DNA from: Sphyrna mokarran
Lineage: Eukaryota
DNA length: 64,000 nt
Direction of reading: 5' to 3'
NCBI GenBank assembly: GCA_024679065.1
Contig: JAGIQG010000008.1
Span: forward strand, 97,278,001-97,342,000
Shown here one piece after another: positions 24,383-37,925 of the stretch (position 1 is its first letter; the number at the start of each line of letters is the position of its first letter). Made by a program: the position numbers and the translations under genes. Under the pieces are notes generated by a model that was given only the letters and a program-made list of their open reading frames with translations, was not told where the DNA came from and did not search any database.

Positions 24383-24677
24383 GCGGTTAGCATTGCTGCC
24401 TCACAGCGCCAGGGCTCTGGTTCGGTTTCTGGCTTGGTCACTGTTTGTCGGACTCTGCATGTTCACCCCATGTCTGCATGGGTTTCCTCTGGATGCTCCA
24501 GTTTCCTCCCAACAGTCCGAAAGATATGCTGGTCAGCTGCATTGGCCATGCTAACTTCTCCCTCAGTGTACCCAAACAGGCACTGGAGTGTATCAACTAG
24601 GAGATGTTCACAGTAACTTCATTGCAGTATTAATGTAAGCTTACTTGTGACACATAAACTTTAAACTTTGAAACTTT
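24383..24677 (+). mobile_element. HE1-type SINE, Rex1-like tail variant
   Basis: homologous to 18884-19155. Confidence 0.9.
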
Positions 24678-25278
24678 ATGTGGACTCTGAGCTGCAAGTT
24701 ACCCATCACTTCTTTAAGTGAAGGTTGGAGGTGAGGGAAGAATACACTGGAACGTATGTTCAGCTGTATGAGGTTAACAATGGAGGATGCTCTAATGGAT
24801 TCAAATGAAGGAAAAACATTGACTTATTTTAGTAGATGTAGAGGTGATGTGGCAATTAAATTGGTTAGAGAGAGAAGACCACTGACAAAGCACTAGACGT
24901 ATTACCAACAGCTGGGATTGAGAGAAGGTTTGGAATCGGGGCTGCATGACCTGCTGAGTATGTCCAGGATTTTCAGGTTTTTTTAAACTTCGAATTTCCA
25001 ACGTAGATGTTTTGCCTTTACAGTAGCTTGTACAAAGGGCTAGCTCTGGGTGTTGTATATATTCCAGAATGGAAGTAGAGCTTTTGGCCCATCATTTCCA
25101 AACAAGTTCTGTGCTTGAACAATCCCCAATTGATTCCCCTATTCCCGCTTTCTCTTCTAAGTCATTTACCATCCCCTAATTGAAACATTTATCCAGTTTT
25201 CCCTTGCAAAATGCAATGTCTTTGCTTCAACCATTTGCCATGGCAAATCTTTGGGGCTCCAACAAGTTTTTGTCTGCA

Positions 25279-25975
25279 GATGTGATGCATTTTGGGAGCA
25301 AGAATGTAGGGGGGAGGTATATGATAAAGGCTAGACCTATTAAGAGTATAGAAATGCAGAGGGACCTGGGGGTGCAGGTGCACAAGTCTCTGAAGGTGGC
25401 AGAGCAGGTGCAAAAGGTTGTGAAGAAAGCATATGGTATGTTAGCCTTTATAGGAAGGGGTATAGAGTACAAGAGCTGGCCTTTAATGTTACAGTTGTAC
25501 AAAACGTTGGTTAGACCTCATTTGGAATACTACGTTCAGTTCTGGTCACCTTACTACCAGAAGGACGTGGAGACTGTGGAGGGAGTGCAGAGGAGATTTA
25601 CCAGGATGCTGCCTGGTATGGAAGGTCTGAGTTACGAGGAGAGGTTAAGCAAATTGAGGCTGTTTTCCTTAGAAATTCATGGACTTGGAGGAGATCTAAT
25701 AGAGGTGTACAAGATTATGAGGGGTATAGATAAACAGGTTAAGCTTTTTCCTAGGATGGATTCAAATAGCATGAGGGGTCATGGGCTTAGGGTGAGAGGG
25801 GGGTAAGGTATAATTTGGATGCTAGAGGGAGTTTTTTCACACAGAGGGTGGTGGGAGTATGGAACGCGCTGCCAGGTAAGGTGGTGGAGGCAGGCACTCT
25901 GGAGTTATTTAAGATGGACACATGAACAGAATGGGAATGGAAGAATATAGAAAACTGATTTAAAATAGGCATCAT
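25279..25975 (+). mobile_element. CR1-clade LINE 3' fragment
   Basis: RDLGVQVHKSLK..LYKTLVRPHLEY..FWSP..VQRRFTRMLPG. Confidence 0.92.
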
Positions 25976-26073
25976 GAGCCTTGGGAGTCTCTGAGAAGTT
26001 TGTAAATAGTTGATGATATTGATGTATTTGTTTTTATCCTACATGTACTTTGGTCCGCCTTGTTGTTTAACAA

Positions 26074-26503
26074 GAGGCGTACACGCGATGGGTTGTGAGA
26101 AGGCTGCTGTTGGAGTTTTTTTTCGAGAGTATCCTAGTGCTTCGTGTCGTTAGTGTACACTTGACCTGGACCATTTGGTGGGCAACATGACAGCTCAGTG
26201 ACTATCACTGTGCTGTGCAGACACATCAATTTGGGCCTGTGTCTGTGAGAGTTTGCGCATTCTCCTCCTGCTCGCGTCGGTTTTCTCTGGGTGCTCCGGT
26301 TTCGTCCCACATCCCAAAAATGTGCTCTTGGGCTGATTGGCAAAACAAATTCTCCCTAAATTGTCTCAGATTTGGTTTCAACCCATAGACATATAAACAC
26401 AACAGGGATCACGGGCAAAAGTGGGAACATCAAGGTGGCGGCGCGGGCTCGTTGGGCCAAAGGACCTGTTTCCCGTGCTGTTTTGTTCTTTGTTGTTCTT
26501 TGA
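26074..26503 (+). mobile_element. V-domain SINE-like element with a non-tRNA structured head (family X), apparently full length
   Basis: about 115-nt unique head, V-domain GTCTGTG..GGGTGCTCCGGTTTC..CCCACA, CR1-like 3' end and (TTCTTTG)n tail; collinear with 32228-32638. Confidence 0.85.
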
Positions 26504-27280
26504 TGTTGTCTCCAAATTCATGACTATTTGTCACCAATTCCCTGATCAGGGGAACATTAGTTTCCCCCATTCCAGTTGTCAATCTTGAAACAAATAAATG
26601 GTGCTTAAAATACAGCAGTCTTACATTTTTCTTTGGGCAAAACAGATTTTTTTTGACGAAAGGATAAAAATGGATACCAAAATTACATTTGATGCAAAAT
26701 ATTCTTGTGCAGGAGAACTTAACCACTTCAGTAATCTGACTTCACTCAGAAAAATGCAACCATTCATCGTGGCTTTCCTTCCTCTTCCTGCAGTTTTTGC
26801 AAGAGCCTCACTATAAGCAACCACCCCTTGGTGTGGTTCACTAATTCCACATCAATTAACCCTCAGATGAGTCCTTAGAAAAAAAACCTTCTTTCAATAA
26901 AACAGAGACTGCGCCTACGATTTCTAGACATAAAATGACTCTCAAAGAAAAGATAATTTCTAATCATTATTGGCCTGGATTAAAGTGGACCAGAGGAGTA
27001 TCTTCTGTTATTTCATTTCTATGACTGAATCCGAGTGAATTATAGACCATTGCTTAAGTTTCAATAACCCGTAGGTTTTTTGATCTATTCTTGCTACTTA
27101 TTATTGTTCTTTGCACATAGGGTGATGTTTCATTAATAGAAACATAGGCGGGATAGAGGGAAACCATTTTGTCCATTGTGCTTGTGTCAACCAGAAAACA
27201 GCTGTCCAGCCCAATGCCACTTTGATTTGGATTTATTTATTATTGTCACATATATTGGAATACAGTGAAAAGTACTGACT

Positions 27281-27597
27281 TAGAATCTCTACAGTACAGA
27301 AAGAGGCCACTCAAGTCTGCACTGACCACAATCCCACCAGGCACGACCCCCCATATCCACCCACTAACCCTCTAACCTATGCATCTCAGGACTCTAAGGG
27401 GCAAATTTAGCTTGGCCAATCAACCTAACCGACACATCTTTGGATTGTGGGAGGAAACCATAGCGCCTAAAGGAAACCCATGCAGACACTAGGAGAATGT
27501 ACAAACTCCACACAGACAGTGACCCAAGCCAGGAATTGAACCCAGGTCCCTGGATCTGTGAGGCAACAGTGCTGACCACTGTGCTACTGTGCTGCCC
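27281..27597 (-). mobile_element. HE1-type SINE with CR1-like tail
   Basis: tRNA head, V-domain, GGCCTCTTTCTGTACTGTAGAGATTCT end. Confidence 0.92.
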
Positions 27598-27742
27598 TTG
27601 TCTCTTGTACACTGTACAGGTAAAACATACCGCTCATAGAGCACATAGAGGACAAGGAAAGGATACAGCGCAGGATATAGTTTTGCAGTTGCAGAGAGGG
27701 TGAAGAGAAAGATCAGCCTAATATATGATAGGTCCATTCAAA

Positions 27743-28054
27743 AGTTTAAAGTTTATTTATTAGTAATACAATTAGGCTTACATTAACACTGCAGTGAAGT
27801 TACTGTGAAAATCCCTAGTTGTCACACTCCGACAGCTGTTCAGGTTCACTGAGGGAGAATTTAGAATGGCCAATGCACCTAACCAGCACATTTTTTTTGG
27901 ACAGTGAAAGAAAACTGGAGCACCTGGAAGAAACCCATGCAGACATGGGGAGGCTGTGCAGACTCCACTTAGACAATGACCCAAGCCAGGAATCTAATTG
28001 GGATTCCTAGCGCTGTGAGGCAGCAGTGCTAACCATTGTGTCACCATGCCACCC
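27743..28054 (-). mobile_element. HE1-type SINE, Rex1-like tail variant
   Basis: reverse-complement homology to 24383-24677. Confidence 0.9.
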
Positions 28055-28379
28055 TAATGGCAATCTGATGGAGTTGGGAAGAATCGGTTGGTACGTGTTC
28101 TCAGACTTTTGTATCTTTTTCCCAATGGAAGAAGGTGGAAGAGAGTATACGATGGGGGGGATTCTTTTAGGTAAGAGAGTACGGGGTGCATAGGGTCTTT
28201 GATTATACTGGCTATTCTTCTGAGGCATGGGAAGTATAGACGGAGTCAATGGATGGGAGACTGGTTTGCATGATGGACTGGGCTTCATTCACAACAATTT
28301 GTTGTTTCTTGTGGACTTGGTGAGAGCAGGAGCCACTTTCTACCATCTGTAAGGTTATGGCATGTCAAATGCATCCCTA

Positions 28380-30165
28380 GAGTTTTTCTAATTGCAGTGA
28401 GGCATCATCACCCTTTCAGTTCCAGGCCTTCACCATGAAAAATGTCCTCCTCCATTTCCCTTTAATCCTTTTACAAATTACTTTAAACTTATGTTCCTGG
28501 TTATTGGCCTCTCTGTAAAGGGAAGTAATCCTCCATATCCACTCAATCAAATCCTCTCATAATTTTATCATAAAATGTGCAAACTCCACGAAGACAGTGA
28601 CCCGATGTCGGAATTGAACCTGAGTCCTGGACACTGTGAGGCAGCAGTAATAACAACTGTGCCACAATACCACCTATTTATTAGTTCAATTAAACCTCCC
28701 CTTAGCTGAAGAACACAATTCCATCTATCCAATCTTTCTCCAAGTTGAAATTCTCAATTTCTTGCAACATCCTGGTAAATCTTCTCTGTAGCCTCTCTAG
28801 TGCATCATATTCTTCTGGTATGCTGTACTCAAGCTGCGGTGTAACTCGTGCTTTGTACTGTTCCAACATCACATTATTGTGCTAATTTCAACTAATTCAA
28901 CTAATGTCTGAAAGCATCACATCAGCCTCCTAACTCCACCTAATTGACCTATCCTTCAGATAGCACAGACTAAGGTCCTTCTGTTCCTCTACACCTACCA
29001 ATGCACACAAACATATAAAATAGGATCGCAACTAGTCCATCTGGCCCCTTGATCAAGCTTCTCCATTCAATAAGATCAAGACTGGAATTCTCTGATCTTC
29101 CATGCCCCTCTACCTCTGCCACCAAGAATGAAGAATTTGGCACTTATCCAAAACTATATTCCCAGCAGAATGACTGGATAATTCCAGTCGCTGGTGAGGT
29201 CGGACATTTCTGGCCCATGACTGATCCATTTATAATTCTGATTCTGCATATCCATTTACCCCCCAATAATCTTTGATTTCCTTACCTAACTAAAATCTAT
29301 CTACCTCTGCCTTAAAAATATTCAATGCGCCCACCTCCACTTCCTTTCGAGGTAGAGAGTTCCAAAGTCACACAATCCTCGGAGAGAAATCTGTCCTAAA
29401 AGGGCAACTCCTAACTTTGAAACAGTGCCTCCTAATTCTGGACCCACACACAAAAGAAAACAACCTTTCCATGAACATTTAGTCAAGATCATTGAGGATC
29501 TTATACACTTCAATCAAGTCATCCTTTACTCTTCTAAATTCCAGTGGAAACAAGCCCAACCTGTCCAACCTATCCTCATAAGACAAATCATTCATTCCAG
29601 CTATCAGTCTGATGAACTATCCTACATTTATTCTTATTTCTATGTCTTGTTTGCTCTCCCCAAATATCTTACCTCACATTTCTGCTGATTGAATTTCATG
29701 ACCACTTTTCTGCCCACCTAAACAGTCCATTGATATCTTCCCATAATCTATAGCATCTGTCCTCACTATCAACCACATACTTATTATTTGCAAACTTCTT
29801 AAGACTATAGGACATAAAAGCAGAATTAGGCTATTCAGCCTATCAGATCTGCTCCGCCATTCAATCATGGCTGATATTTTTCTCAGCTCCATTCTCCTAC
29901 CTTCTCCCCATAACTTCTGATTATCTTCTTGATCAAGAACTTACCTATTTTGGTATTAAAGACACTGAATAAATTGGTCTCCATAGCCTTCTGAGACAAT
30001 GAGTTCCACAAATTCACCATCCTGTGGTTAAAGAAATTCCTCCTCATCTCAGTTTTAAATAAGCATCCCTTGACTCTGAGGTTGTGCCCTTGAGTTCTGG
30101 TCTCTCCCACTGGTGGAAATATCTGCTCCATGGATACCTAGGCCTCTCTATTCTGTAAGTTTCAA
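28380..30165 (-). mobile_element. Cluster of nested or adjacent CR1 3' fragments plus a partial SINE
   Basis: several minus-strand CR1 3' ends (e.g. FKTEMRRNFF..VNLWNSL at 29883-30131); internal boundaries approximate. Confidence 0.75.
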
Positions 30166-31321
30166 TTAATCATTTAATTAATTCAATTACTTTAATTCAA
30201 TTAATCATTCCACCTACATTTGAATCTAAATTGTTACTTTAATACCACAAAAATCAAAGGACACAGCACTGAACTCTGTAGAACCCCACTTGAAACAGCC
30301 TTTTAGTCTTATAAACCACTCTCCAGTTTAGATATCATTGGTAAACTTCTGAATCATGTCCCTTTTGCATTTACGTTTATGTCGTTGATACATAACACAG
30401 CCAGAAAGGGACCCAGTACTGACCCCTACAGAATCCCACTGGAAACATTTCCTTCTGAAGATGCAATTCTACAGTTCAGCAACCATCAGTATCTTGCTCG
30501 TGACCATTCCTCATTTGCAAGCATACAATCAATAATCAGAGATGTTCAACTATACAAGTGCTGTTTCTGCCACAGAAAAACTCCATCGTGCTATGAGTAG
30601 AAGGTATGAAAACCCTAGTAACTGCCCTATTATACAATTCATCATTAATCCTTTACTAATGACTGGTGTATCACTGAGATCACCATCTGTTAGATAAGAA
30701 GACAATCCAGGGATCATCTAGAACCATGGATTGGCCCTGAACCTCTTGATTTCTCATTTGTATACAAGAGCAAAGTAGCGGTGAAAATTGGGCCTTCTCA
30801 CTGGTTGCTTCTGATAGAAGTATGGGAAATTAGGGAGTATTATCAGACCTTAATAAGCTACTTTGAGGTTCTTTGTTGTAATGCATTGTTGGAGCTTTGG
30901 AAGGGGGCTTGCTCGTGAATAGCTGCGGTGATTCTTTAACTGAAAGAGCTGAAGTACTATTAGCTGTTTGACTTCAGACTAAGCCCCACACATCAGTCCC
31001 TGCTTTTGAACAAGACTGGAATTGTTTCTACAAGGGTTTGAAAGGAGAAAGGAGTCAATATCCATTGCCTGAAAGGAAGAACATAAGAAGTAGGAATAGG
31101 AAGAGACTAAATAATCTTTGAGAACTAAAATGAAAGCTTGTAAAGACTGTGCTATTCTTATCAGGTTCATGGCTCATTTTAACATTTTAAATTAGTATTT
31201 ATTTCTGGGCAGTTTAGAGTGAGAAGGTAAGGTAACTAATTAAAATTCAATAAGTTTATTTATTATTTACATGTAAGGCTAATATTAACACTACAATGAA
31301 TCTACTGTGAAATTCCCTGAG

Positions 31322-31541
31322 TCAAAGAACGAAGAACAAAGAACAAAACAGCACGGGAAACAGGCCCTTTGGCCCAACGAGCCCATGCCGCCACCCCGAT
31401 GTTCCCACCTCTATCCGTGATCCCTGTCTATGTTTATAGATCAATGGATTAAAAACCAAATTTGAGACAATTTAGGGAGAATTTGTCTTCCCAATTAGCC
31501 TAAGAGCACATCTTTGGGGATGTGGGAGGAAACCAGAGCAC
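31322..31541 (-). mobile_element. Family X 5'-truncated copy inserted into an HE1-type SINE (31250-31735)
   Basis: matches the family X 3' half; host SINE resumes at cactctggtgcctg. Confidence 0.85.
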
Positions 31542-32227
31542 ACTCTGGTGCCTGTTTGGGTCAATACACCTAACCAGCACATCTTTCAGATTGTGGAAGG
31601 AAACCAGAGCACCCAGAGAAAACCCATGCAGACATGGGGAGAACATGCAGATTCCACACAGACAGTGACCCAAACCAGAAATCAAACCTGGGTCCGTAAC
31701 CCTGTGAGGCAACAATGCTAACTGCTGTGACACTAATTGCTGGGCTTTAGAAATTTCCAGAACACCTAATTGTTCCTAAAATGGAGGTTCAGACATTTAT
31801 TCCTGTTTGAATAATGGAATCAGGATAGAAGAGATGGAGCTATATAACACCAGGTGGGCTTAGTTAGCAGGAGAGCTTGGAGATGTAATATCTATATCGT
31901 TTGCAAAGAAGTGAAGTCCAGAGAGAGGTTTTGGTTTGGGAGTTGGAGCTAAATGAGTTGAAAAGGATTCAGTGAATCCCATGGTGATAGGTGGAGTTTA
32001 AGAAGGTACAATTGATCTAAAATACAGGATGATTTGACTCCTCAAGTGGAGGCTCAGGAATGACACTGTGCAGTCTGATACCACAGAATTGTCTGGCAAA
32101 ATACAATAAGCATGTGGGCAAGAGTTTACAAACTCTATCCTTTTAACAACACACATGAATGTGCTGCAATTCATGTGGTGCAGATACACCTACAGTATTG
32201 TGGGCTAGGGAGTGACAGGACTTCAAT

Positions 32228-32638
32228 TCAAAGAACGAAGAACAAAACAGCACGGGAAACAGGCACTTCAGCCCAACGAGCCCGTGCCGCCACCTCAGTG
32301 TTCCCACTTCTACCCATGATCCCTGTCATCTCTGTCTATGTTTATAGATCTATGCATTAGAACAAATTAGGGAGAATTTGTTCCGCCAATGAGCCTAAGA
32401 GCACATCTTTGGGATGTGGGAGGAAACTGGAGCACCCACAGAAAACCGACGCAAGCACAGGGAGAATGCGCAAACTCCCACAGGCACTGTCCCAAATCCA
32501 TGTGTCTGCACAGTGCAGCAATAATCACTGAGCCCATCAAATGGTCCAGGTCAAGTGTACACTAACGACATGAAGCACCAGGCTATTCTCGAAAAAATCC
32601 AAGAGCAGCTCTCTCACGACCCATCGCGTGTATGCCCC
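32228..32638 (-). mobile_element. Family X SINE-like element, apparently full length
   Basis: reverse complement aligns end to end with 26074-26503. Confidence 0.85.
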
Positions 32639-34420
32639 AGTGACAGTGAAAGAACGCTGGCAATTTGGTCCCAAGTCAGCACTAGTCTAATCAGAAATGT
32701 GTGAGATAAAGAATGCACAGCATCAAACCAGAGAGTAACCATATGAAGATTTCAATCACTAAGCCACAGCCAAGGTATGCTGATAATAAGTGATATCTGG
32801 CTGGAATTTTCAGATATTCCGGTTACTCCGCATGCATGCTGATTATTTTAGGCCAGTTAGACACAGTTACCGTCTTTGACTGGTTGCAGCCGATTTTCCT
32901 TCTGGGAGCCTGCTCCGCTATTCAAAGTCATTGATGATCATCTACCTAACCACGCTTCTCCACGTTATCCTTTCACCTTTTCATTCCCTTAGCATGAAAA
33001 TCTCTATTCATTTCTAAGGTAAATATTCTCAATGATTAAGAATCTACAGCTCCCAGGGGATAGAGAATTCCAAAAATTCACAACCATCTGACTGAAAATA
33101 TTTTCCCTCCTTCAGTCATTTTGTGGGACTTTACTTTAGACCAGGTTCTAGAGTTCTAGATTTCTTGGAAAGCAGAAATTGGCTTCTCAGCATAGACCTT
33201 ATCAGTAAAATTGCCAGTTTCCCACTCGACCATAGACTGCTCTCCCTCATTCCTTTGAGAGGGAGAGCTGATTGGTGGTAACTTAACCTGAGACTCATTA
33301 TACTTCAGGTGAGAGGTAAGATTGACAAGGACATGGATAACCTCAGCTGGTACAGGAATTGAACCATGCTGTTGCAGTCACTCTGCATCACTAATCAGTT
33401 GTCCAGCCAACTGAGCTAAAATGACCTCTATACCTTATTAAGTACCCTAACAATCGTACATAATCCAATGAGGTCACCTCTAGTTCTTCTGAACTCAGGA
33501 AATATAGACTCAGTCTGTTCAATCTCTCCTCATAACACAATGCCTCTTTTTATTCAGATGAAGGCATCACTGGCAAAGTCAACACTTATAGCCCATTCCT
33601 AATTGCCCCTGAGAAGTTGATGGAGCACTAGCTTCTTGAACTGCTGCATTCCATGTGGTGCAAATACACTTACAATATTGTTGGAGAGGAAGTTCCAAGA
33701 CTTCGACCCAGTGACAGTAAAGGAATGATGGCAATATAGTCCCAAATCAGAATGGTGTGTGACTTGAAGGGAACCTGAGGTGGTGGTGTTCTGATGTATC
33801 CTACTTCTTCTTGGTTGTAGCAGTCAACAAGTTTGGAAAGTTGAAGACGAGGGCCAGGTTCCCCTCCTGTTTCTCAAAGACCAAAGTCAAAGGAGTTTCA
33901 GTCTCTCTGAATACACAAATAAGCTAAGAAATTATCTAAAGTCTGTGAGAAATAGTTCCTGTTCACTGTATCAACCTCTTTCAACTGAATATCTATTTTT
34001 AAAGCTCAGAAAATTCCTCATTGTGTGAAAAATAAAGCTTTTGCAACCATGTTTGTGGAAAATCGTTGAAAATTCGAAGTGAGACACCTGAATGAGACAA
34101 TAGCAGAGTATTGCTGTTCTGCCTTCAATCTACACTAACTAGTGCACTTCAGCAGTGACTGTGGCTGTAAATCTACAAAAATTACAAGCTGCTAATAAGT
34201 TCTATGTCATAACGTTAGTCATTAGGAATTGCTTTGATGCACACATAGATCATTATCCACATCTAGGCAATCTGCAGATGTTTTTAAAGTTACCCAAGAA
34301 AACATATATTTGTCTCTTTCCAATAATAGTAAGTCCACATTATGCACAGTGGCTGCTAACTAAGTGCCACTTTTGAAGAGACTAAAGCATGGAATCATGG
34401 AACTCCTCCTTAACTTGGTT

Positions 34421-34428
34421 TATATAAA
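34421..34428 (+). promoter_or_regulatory. TATA box of the IFITM gene
   Basis: TATATAAA 60 nt upstream of the ATG at 34488. Confidence 0.7.
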
Positions 34429-34487
34429 TGGATCAGTTCAAATCAGAGTCTTTTCCTCACTCTGCGGCTCTGGATTAACAGCTTCAG

Positions 34488-34712
34488 ATGGAGACTGGAG
34501 ACTTGGCATTACAACCCAAAGTCGAGGAGGCAATGGGGCCCAATCAGCCTGAACCATCCAACAGCACGGTTGTGAACATGAAAACTCCGGGTCAACCCCA
34601 CCCCCGTTCACAGTCCCGACCTCCACACGACCACATCATCTGGTCCCTGTTCAATGCCTTCTACCTGAATGCCTGCTGTCTTGGATTCCTTGCACTTACC
34701 TTCTCAATCAGA
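34488..34712 (+). CDS. IFITM: Interferon-induced transmembrane (CD225/dispanin) protein, exon 1 (75 aa)
   Basis: PPHDHIIWSLFNAFYLNACCLGFLALTFSIR matches the IFITM CD225 motif (DHxxWSLFNxxxxNxCCLGFxAxxxSxK); phase-0 donor AGA|gtaagt at the conserved IFITM intron position. Family-level symbol only; paralog not assignable. Confidence 0.95.
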
Positions 34713-35029
34713 GTAAGTTGTCTTTCTGTTGTATTTCTGCCTGTAATAAATGGTCAATGGTTAAAATCCTGTGCTACAGGAAATGATATCTTATCAGGAT
34801 TTTCACAGTAACTACATTGCAGTATTAATGTATGCCTACTTGTGACATGAATGAGTAAAACAAAGGTTCCTTTTTTTTGCTCCTTTGCATCCTGTGATTT
34901 AAAGTGTCATTTAAAACTGGATCCTGGGTCAACGCAATCTGAGGCTAAAGCTATGGAATTGTCTAATGATATACGAATCTTTACAAGAAGTTGCAACACC
35001 ATGAACACATGGTGCTCTTGTTCTCAGGA

Positions 35030-35990
35030 CTGAGGTAGCACTGCATTTTCACAGGGACAGGACTATGTCAGTACTGCACTGTTGAGTGGACAATGATGAG
35101 GGAATACTGTACTGTCAGAGGGCAAGTATTGAAGGAGTTTTGCATTTCAGTAATGGAGGGACAGTAGTGAGGGAGTGATTCAGTGTCAGAGGGGAAGTAC
35201 TTCATTGTTGCAGGGCGAGAATAGAGGAAGTGCTGCATTGTTGGAGATGTGCTACTAAGGAAATGCTGCATTGTTGATTGGGCAATATTAAGGGAGCACC
35301 GTTTGTTGCAAGAACAGCACTGGGGGAATAATGCATTGTCAGAGAGGCAGTACTGAGGAAGTGCTGCATTTTCAGAGGGATTGTACAGATAGACTGAGGT
35401 ACAGTTATAGAAATTGTCCTGAGGGAGTACTGCATTTTTGGAGGGCCAGCAAGAGCAGCACTGTTGTAGGGGCAGTACTGATAAATTGCTATGTAGTGAG
35501 AGGAACAGTACTTAGCAAGTGTGGCACTGTTAAAGGACTGGACATTACACTGTTGGATGGTCAGTAGTGAAGGAGTGCTGCACTGTTGGAGAGTATGTAA
35601 TGAGGGAGCATTGCACTATTGGTGGGATCGATACTGAGGACATTGTATTGTTGGGGGACAGTCATGAGGGAATATCAAAGGATCTGTCTGTCAGGCAAGA
35701 GTTTAATTTGAACCCTGTCTGCACTCTTAGGTGTTGTAAAAGATCCATGGCACTATTTTGAAGAAGAGCAAGGGAGTTTTCTTCTGGACATTTATCCCTC
35801 AATCAACACTTGTCAAACAGATTAACTGCTCATTTTCAGGCTATTGTTTGAGGTTGCTTACTATTTGCAATTTGAGTACTATATTTCCTGCTTTGTAACA
35901 GTGACTATATTTTGAAACACCCTCAGTGGCTCTAAAGCACTTTGGGAGGTCCTGAGATGGTGCAAAGTGCTATTGGAAAGAATTTCATTT
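35030..35990 (+). mobile_element. Deu-domain (SacSINE1/AmnSINE-like) SINE preceded by a degenerate about 32-bp tandem array
   Basis: repeated CAGTACTGAGGGAGTGCTGCATTGT-like units at 35030-35660, then GTAAAAGATCCATGGCACTATTTTGAAGAAGAGCA..AAAGCACTTTGGGA; family from recalled similarity. Confidence 0.65.
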
Positions 35991-37615
35991 GCTCATCCTT
36001 AGAAGTTCCTTGAAGGTTCCCCAGTGCTGCATTTAATTTTTCTTTAATGATTCCACATGCTCCTGGCACTGATCACTCTTTGTGAAGAAACTTTCCCTAA
36101 GAAACTCTCTTCTGAATTCTTCATATTAACAGGAATCCCTGTCTCTTTCGCACGTTTTACTTTTCACTTCACTTCAGATCAGCCATGATCTTATTGAATG
36201 GCGGGGCAGGCTCAAAGGGCTAGGTGGCCTACTCCTGCTCCTATTTCTTATGTTCTTATGTACTTTGAAGTCATTTTGTGCATTTCCTCTTTCCTCGTTA
36301 ATCATTTATCCCTCTATCAGATAACCTTTCATTCCTTCACTTATCTTGTTGCAATGCTTTCTCATATCTCAGCTGCTTGCATTGTCAGCAATACTTGGAT
36401 ACCCTCTTTGGTCCACACCCTGCAATCTTGATCATCGACAAATTTATTTGCAAAACTTGCATCTCTACTTACCCACACTACCACTATCCCATTCTAACTC
36501 TTTTGCAAAGGTCCCATGAAAAAAAAACTATTCCCCCCAAGTCACTGATAACCTCAATTTCAACTGCCACCTGCCTGGTTTTCTCATTTACGAACTTCCC
36601 TTCTGGTTCTTCACCCACAGGTGCATTCAGCTCCAATGTTGAGTACCATTCACAATCCATCCATTGTGTCCCTGTAACAAACAGTTCCAATCTCCTGCAA
36701 CTAAATAAGCAACTACGCAACATTGTTATCATTAATCTTAAGCATTTTGCAATGTCCCAAGGCTGTTATGTGGTCCAAATAAATTCCCTACCTCCCACCC
36801 TTCCTCTCCCTCTTTCTTTCTCTCCCTTTTCCTCTCATCTTCTTTCTTTCTTCTTTTCTTCATTTCTCTCTTTCTTTTTCTCTCTTTCTTTCTCTCCTTT
36901 TCTCCCTTTCTCACTTATCTCTTTTTCTTTCTTTCCCTCTTTCTTTCTCTTCCTCTTTTTCCTTCTTCATTTCCCTCTTTCTTTCTTCCTTGCACTCTTT
37001 TTCACGGTCTCTCTGCGCTCTCTACTCATTGGATGTTTCCTGCAGTTGAGCTGCTTTCTGAACGCAAGCACTTGAAAATCATGAGCTGGGACAGTGGAAT
37101 TTTTCATTGCACATTCCAAGTGAGTACAAGGAAGGGACACAGCAAGACTGTTTCTGTCTCTATCGCTTGGTAATATCATCACTGGGCTAAAATCCATGAT
37201 ACCCTTCCTAACAGCACTACAAATTGTTCTACAACCACATGAACTGCAGCAGTTCAAGAAGGTAGCTTACCACTAGCTTCTCAATGACAATTAAGTGGGG
37301 TCAATACAGGCAGGTCTTTCAGTAACATATCCATCTCAAGAATAAATTTTAATTGGAAAAGAAAGATACAGATGGGAAATAATGGAGTGTTTAATCTTTT
37401 CCCAGGGTGAGTGTGTCGCTGTCAAGGCTGCACTGATTACATTCTGCAATGTTTTTCACAACCTCAAGAAGTCACAGAATATTTTACAGCCAGTCAAACA
37501 ATTTTGTAAATTGTAGTCACTGTTGTAATGTGAGGAACATGACAACCAATTTGTTTACCACAAGTTTCCAAAAATGGAAGGTGATAATGAACAGATCTAA
37601 GTGATATTTTGGATC

Positions 37616-37925
37616 ATAGAAAGCCTGCAATGCAGAAGGAGGCCATTTAGCTGACTGAGTATGCACTGACCATAATCCCACCCAATCCTATTTCTGTAAC
37701 CCCACATATTTACCTGAAAAATCCCCTGACGCTAGGGTCAATTTTCATGGCCAATCAACCTAACCTGCACATCTTTGGACTGGGGAAGGAAACCAGAGCA
37801 TGCAGAGGAAACCCACACAGACAATGTGCAAACTCCACACAGACAGTGACCCAAGGGTGCAAGAGAACCTAGGTCCCTGGTGCTGGGAGGTAGCGGCTCT
37901 AACCACTGTTGCCACCGTGCTGCCC
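37616..37925 (-). mobile_element. HE1-type SINE with CR1-like tail (IFITM intron)
   Basis: homologous to 27281-27597. Confidence 0.9.

Larger units (their letters stand above)
27222..28335 (-). mobile_element. Rex1-clade LINE 3' end interrupted by two SINEs
   Basis: homologous on the minus strand to 22540-23050; host sequence resumes across 27281-27597 and 27743-28054. Confidence 0.8.

Noticed and set aside
23971-24616. Overlapping Leu/Ser/Pro/Phe-rich ORFs that look like membrane proteins (also 36377-37075 and 59715-60086)
   Set aside because: Polypyrimidine tracts cannot encode stop codons; low-complexity artefacts.
26074-26145. Firm 5S rRNA or viral IRES origin for the family X head
   Set aside because: Only short word matches (GGCATAC, GAATA.C..GGTGCT); too weak to call by eye.
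35030-35660. CRISPR-like periodic array
   Set aside because: Degenerate tandem repeat without unique spacers in a vertebrate intron.
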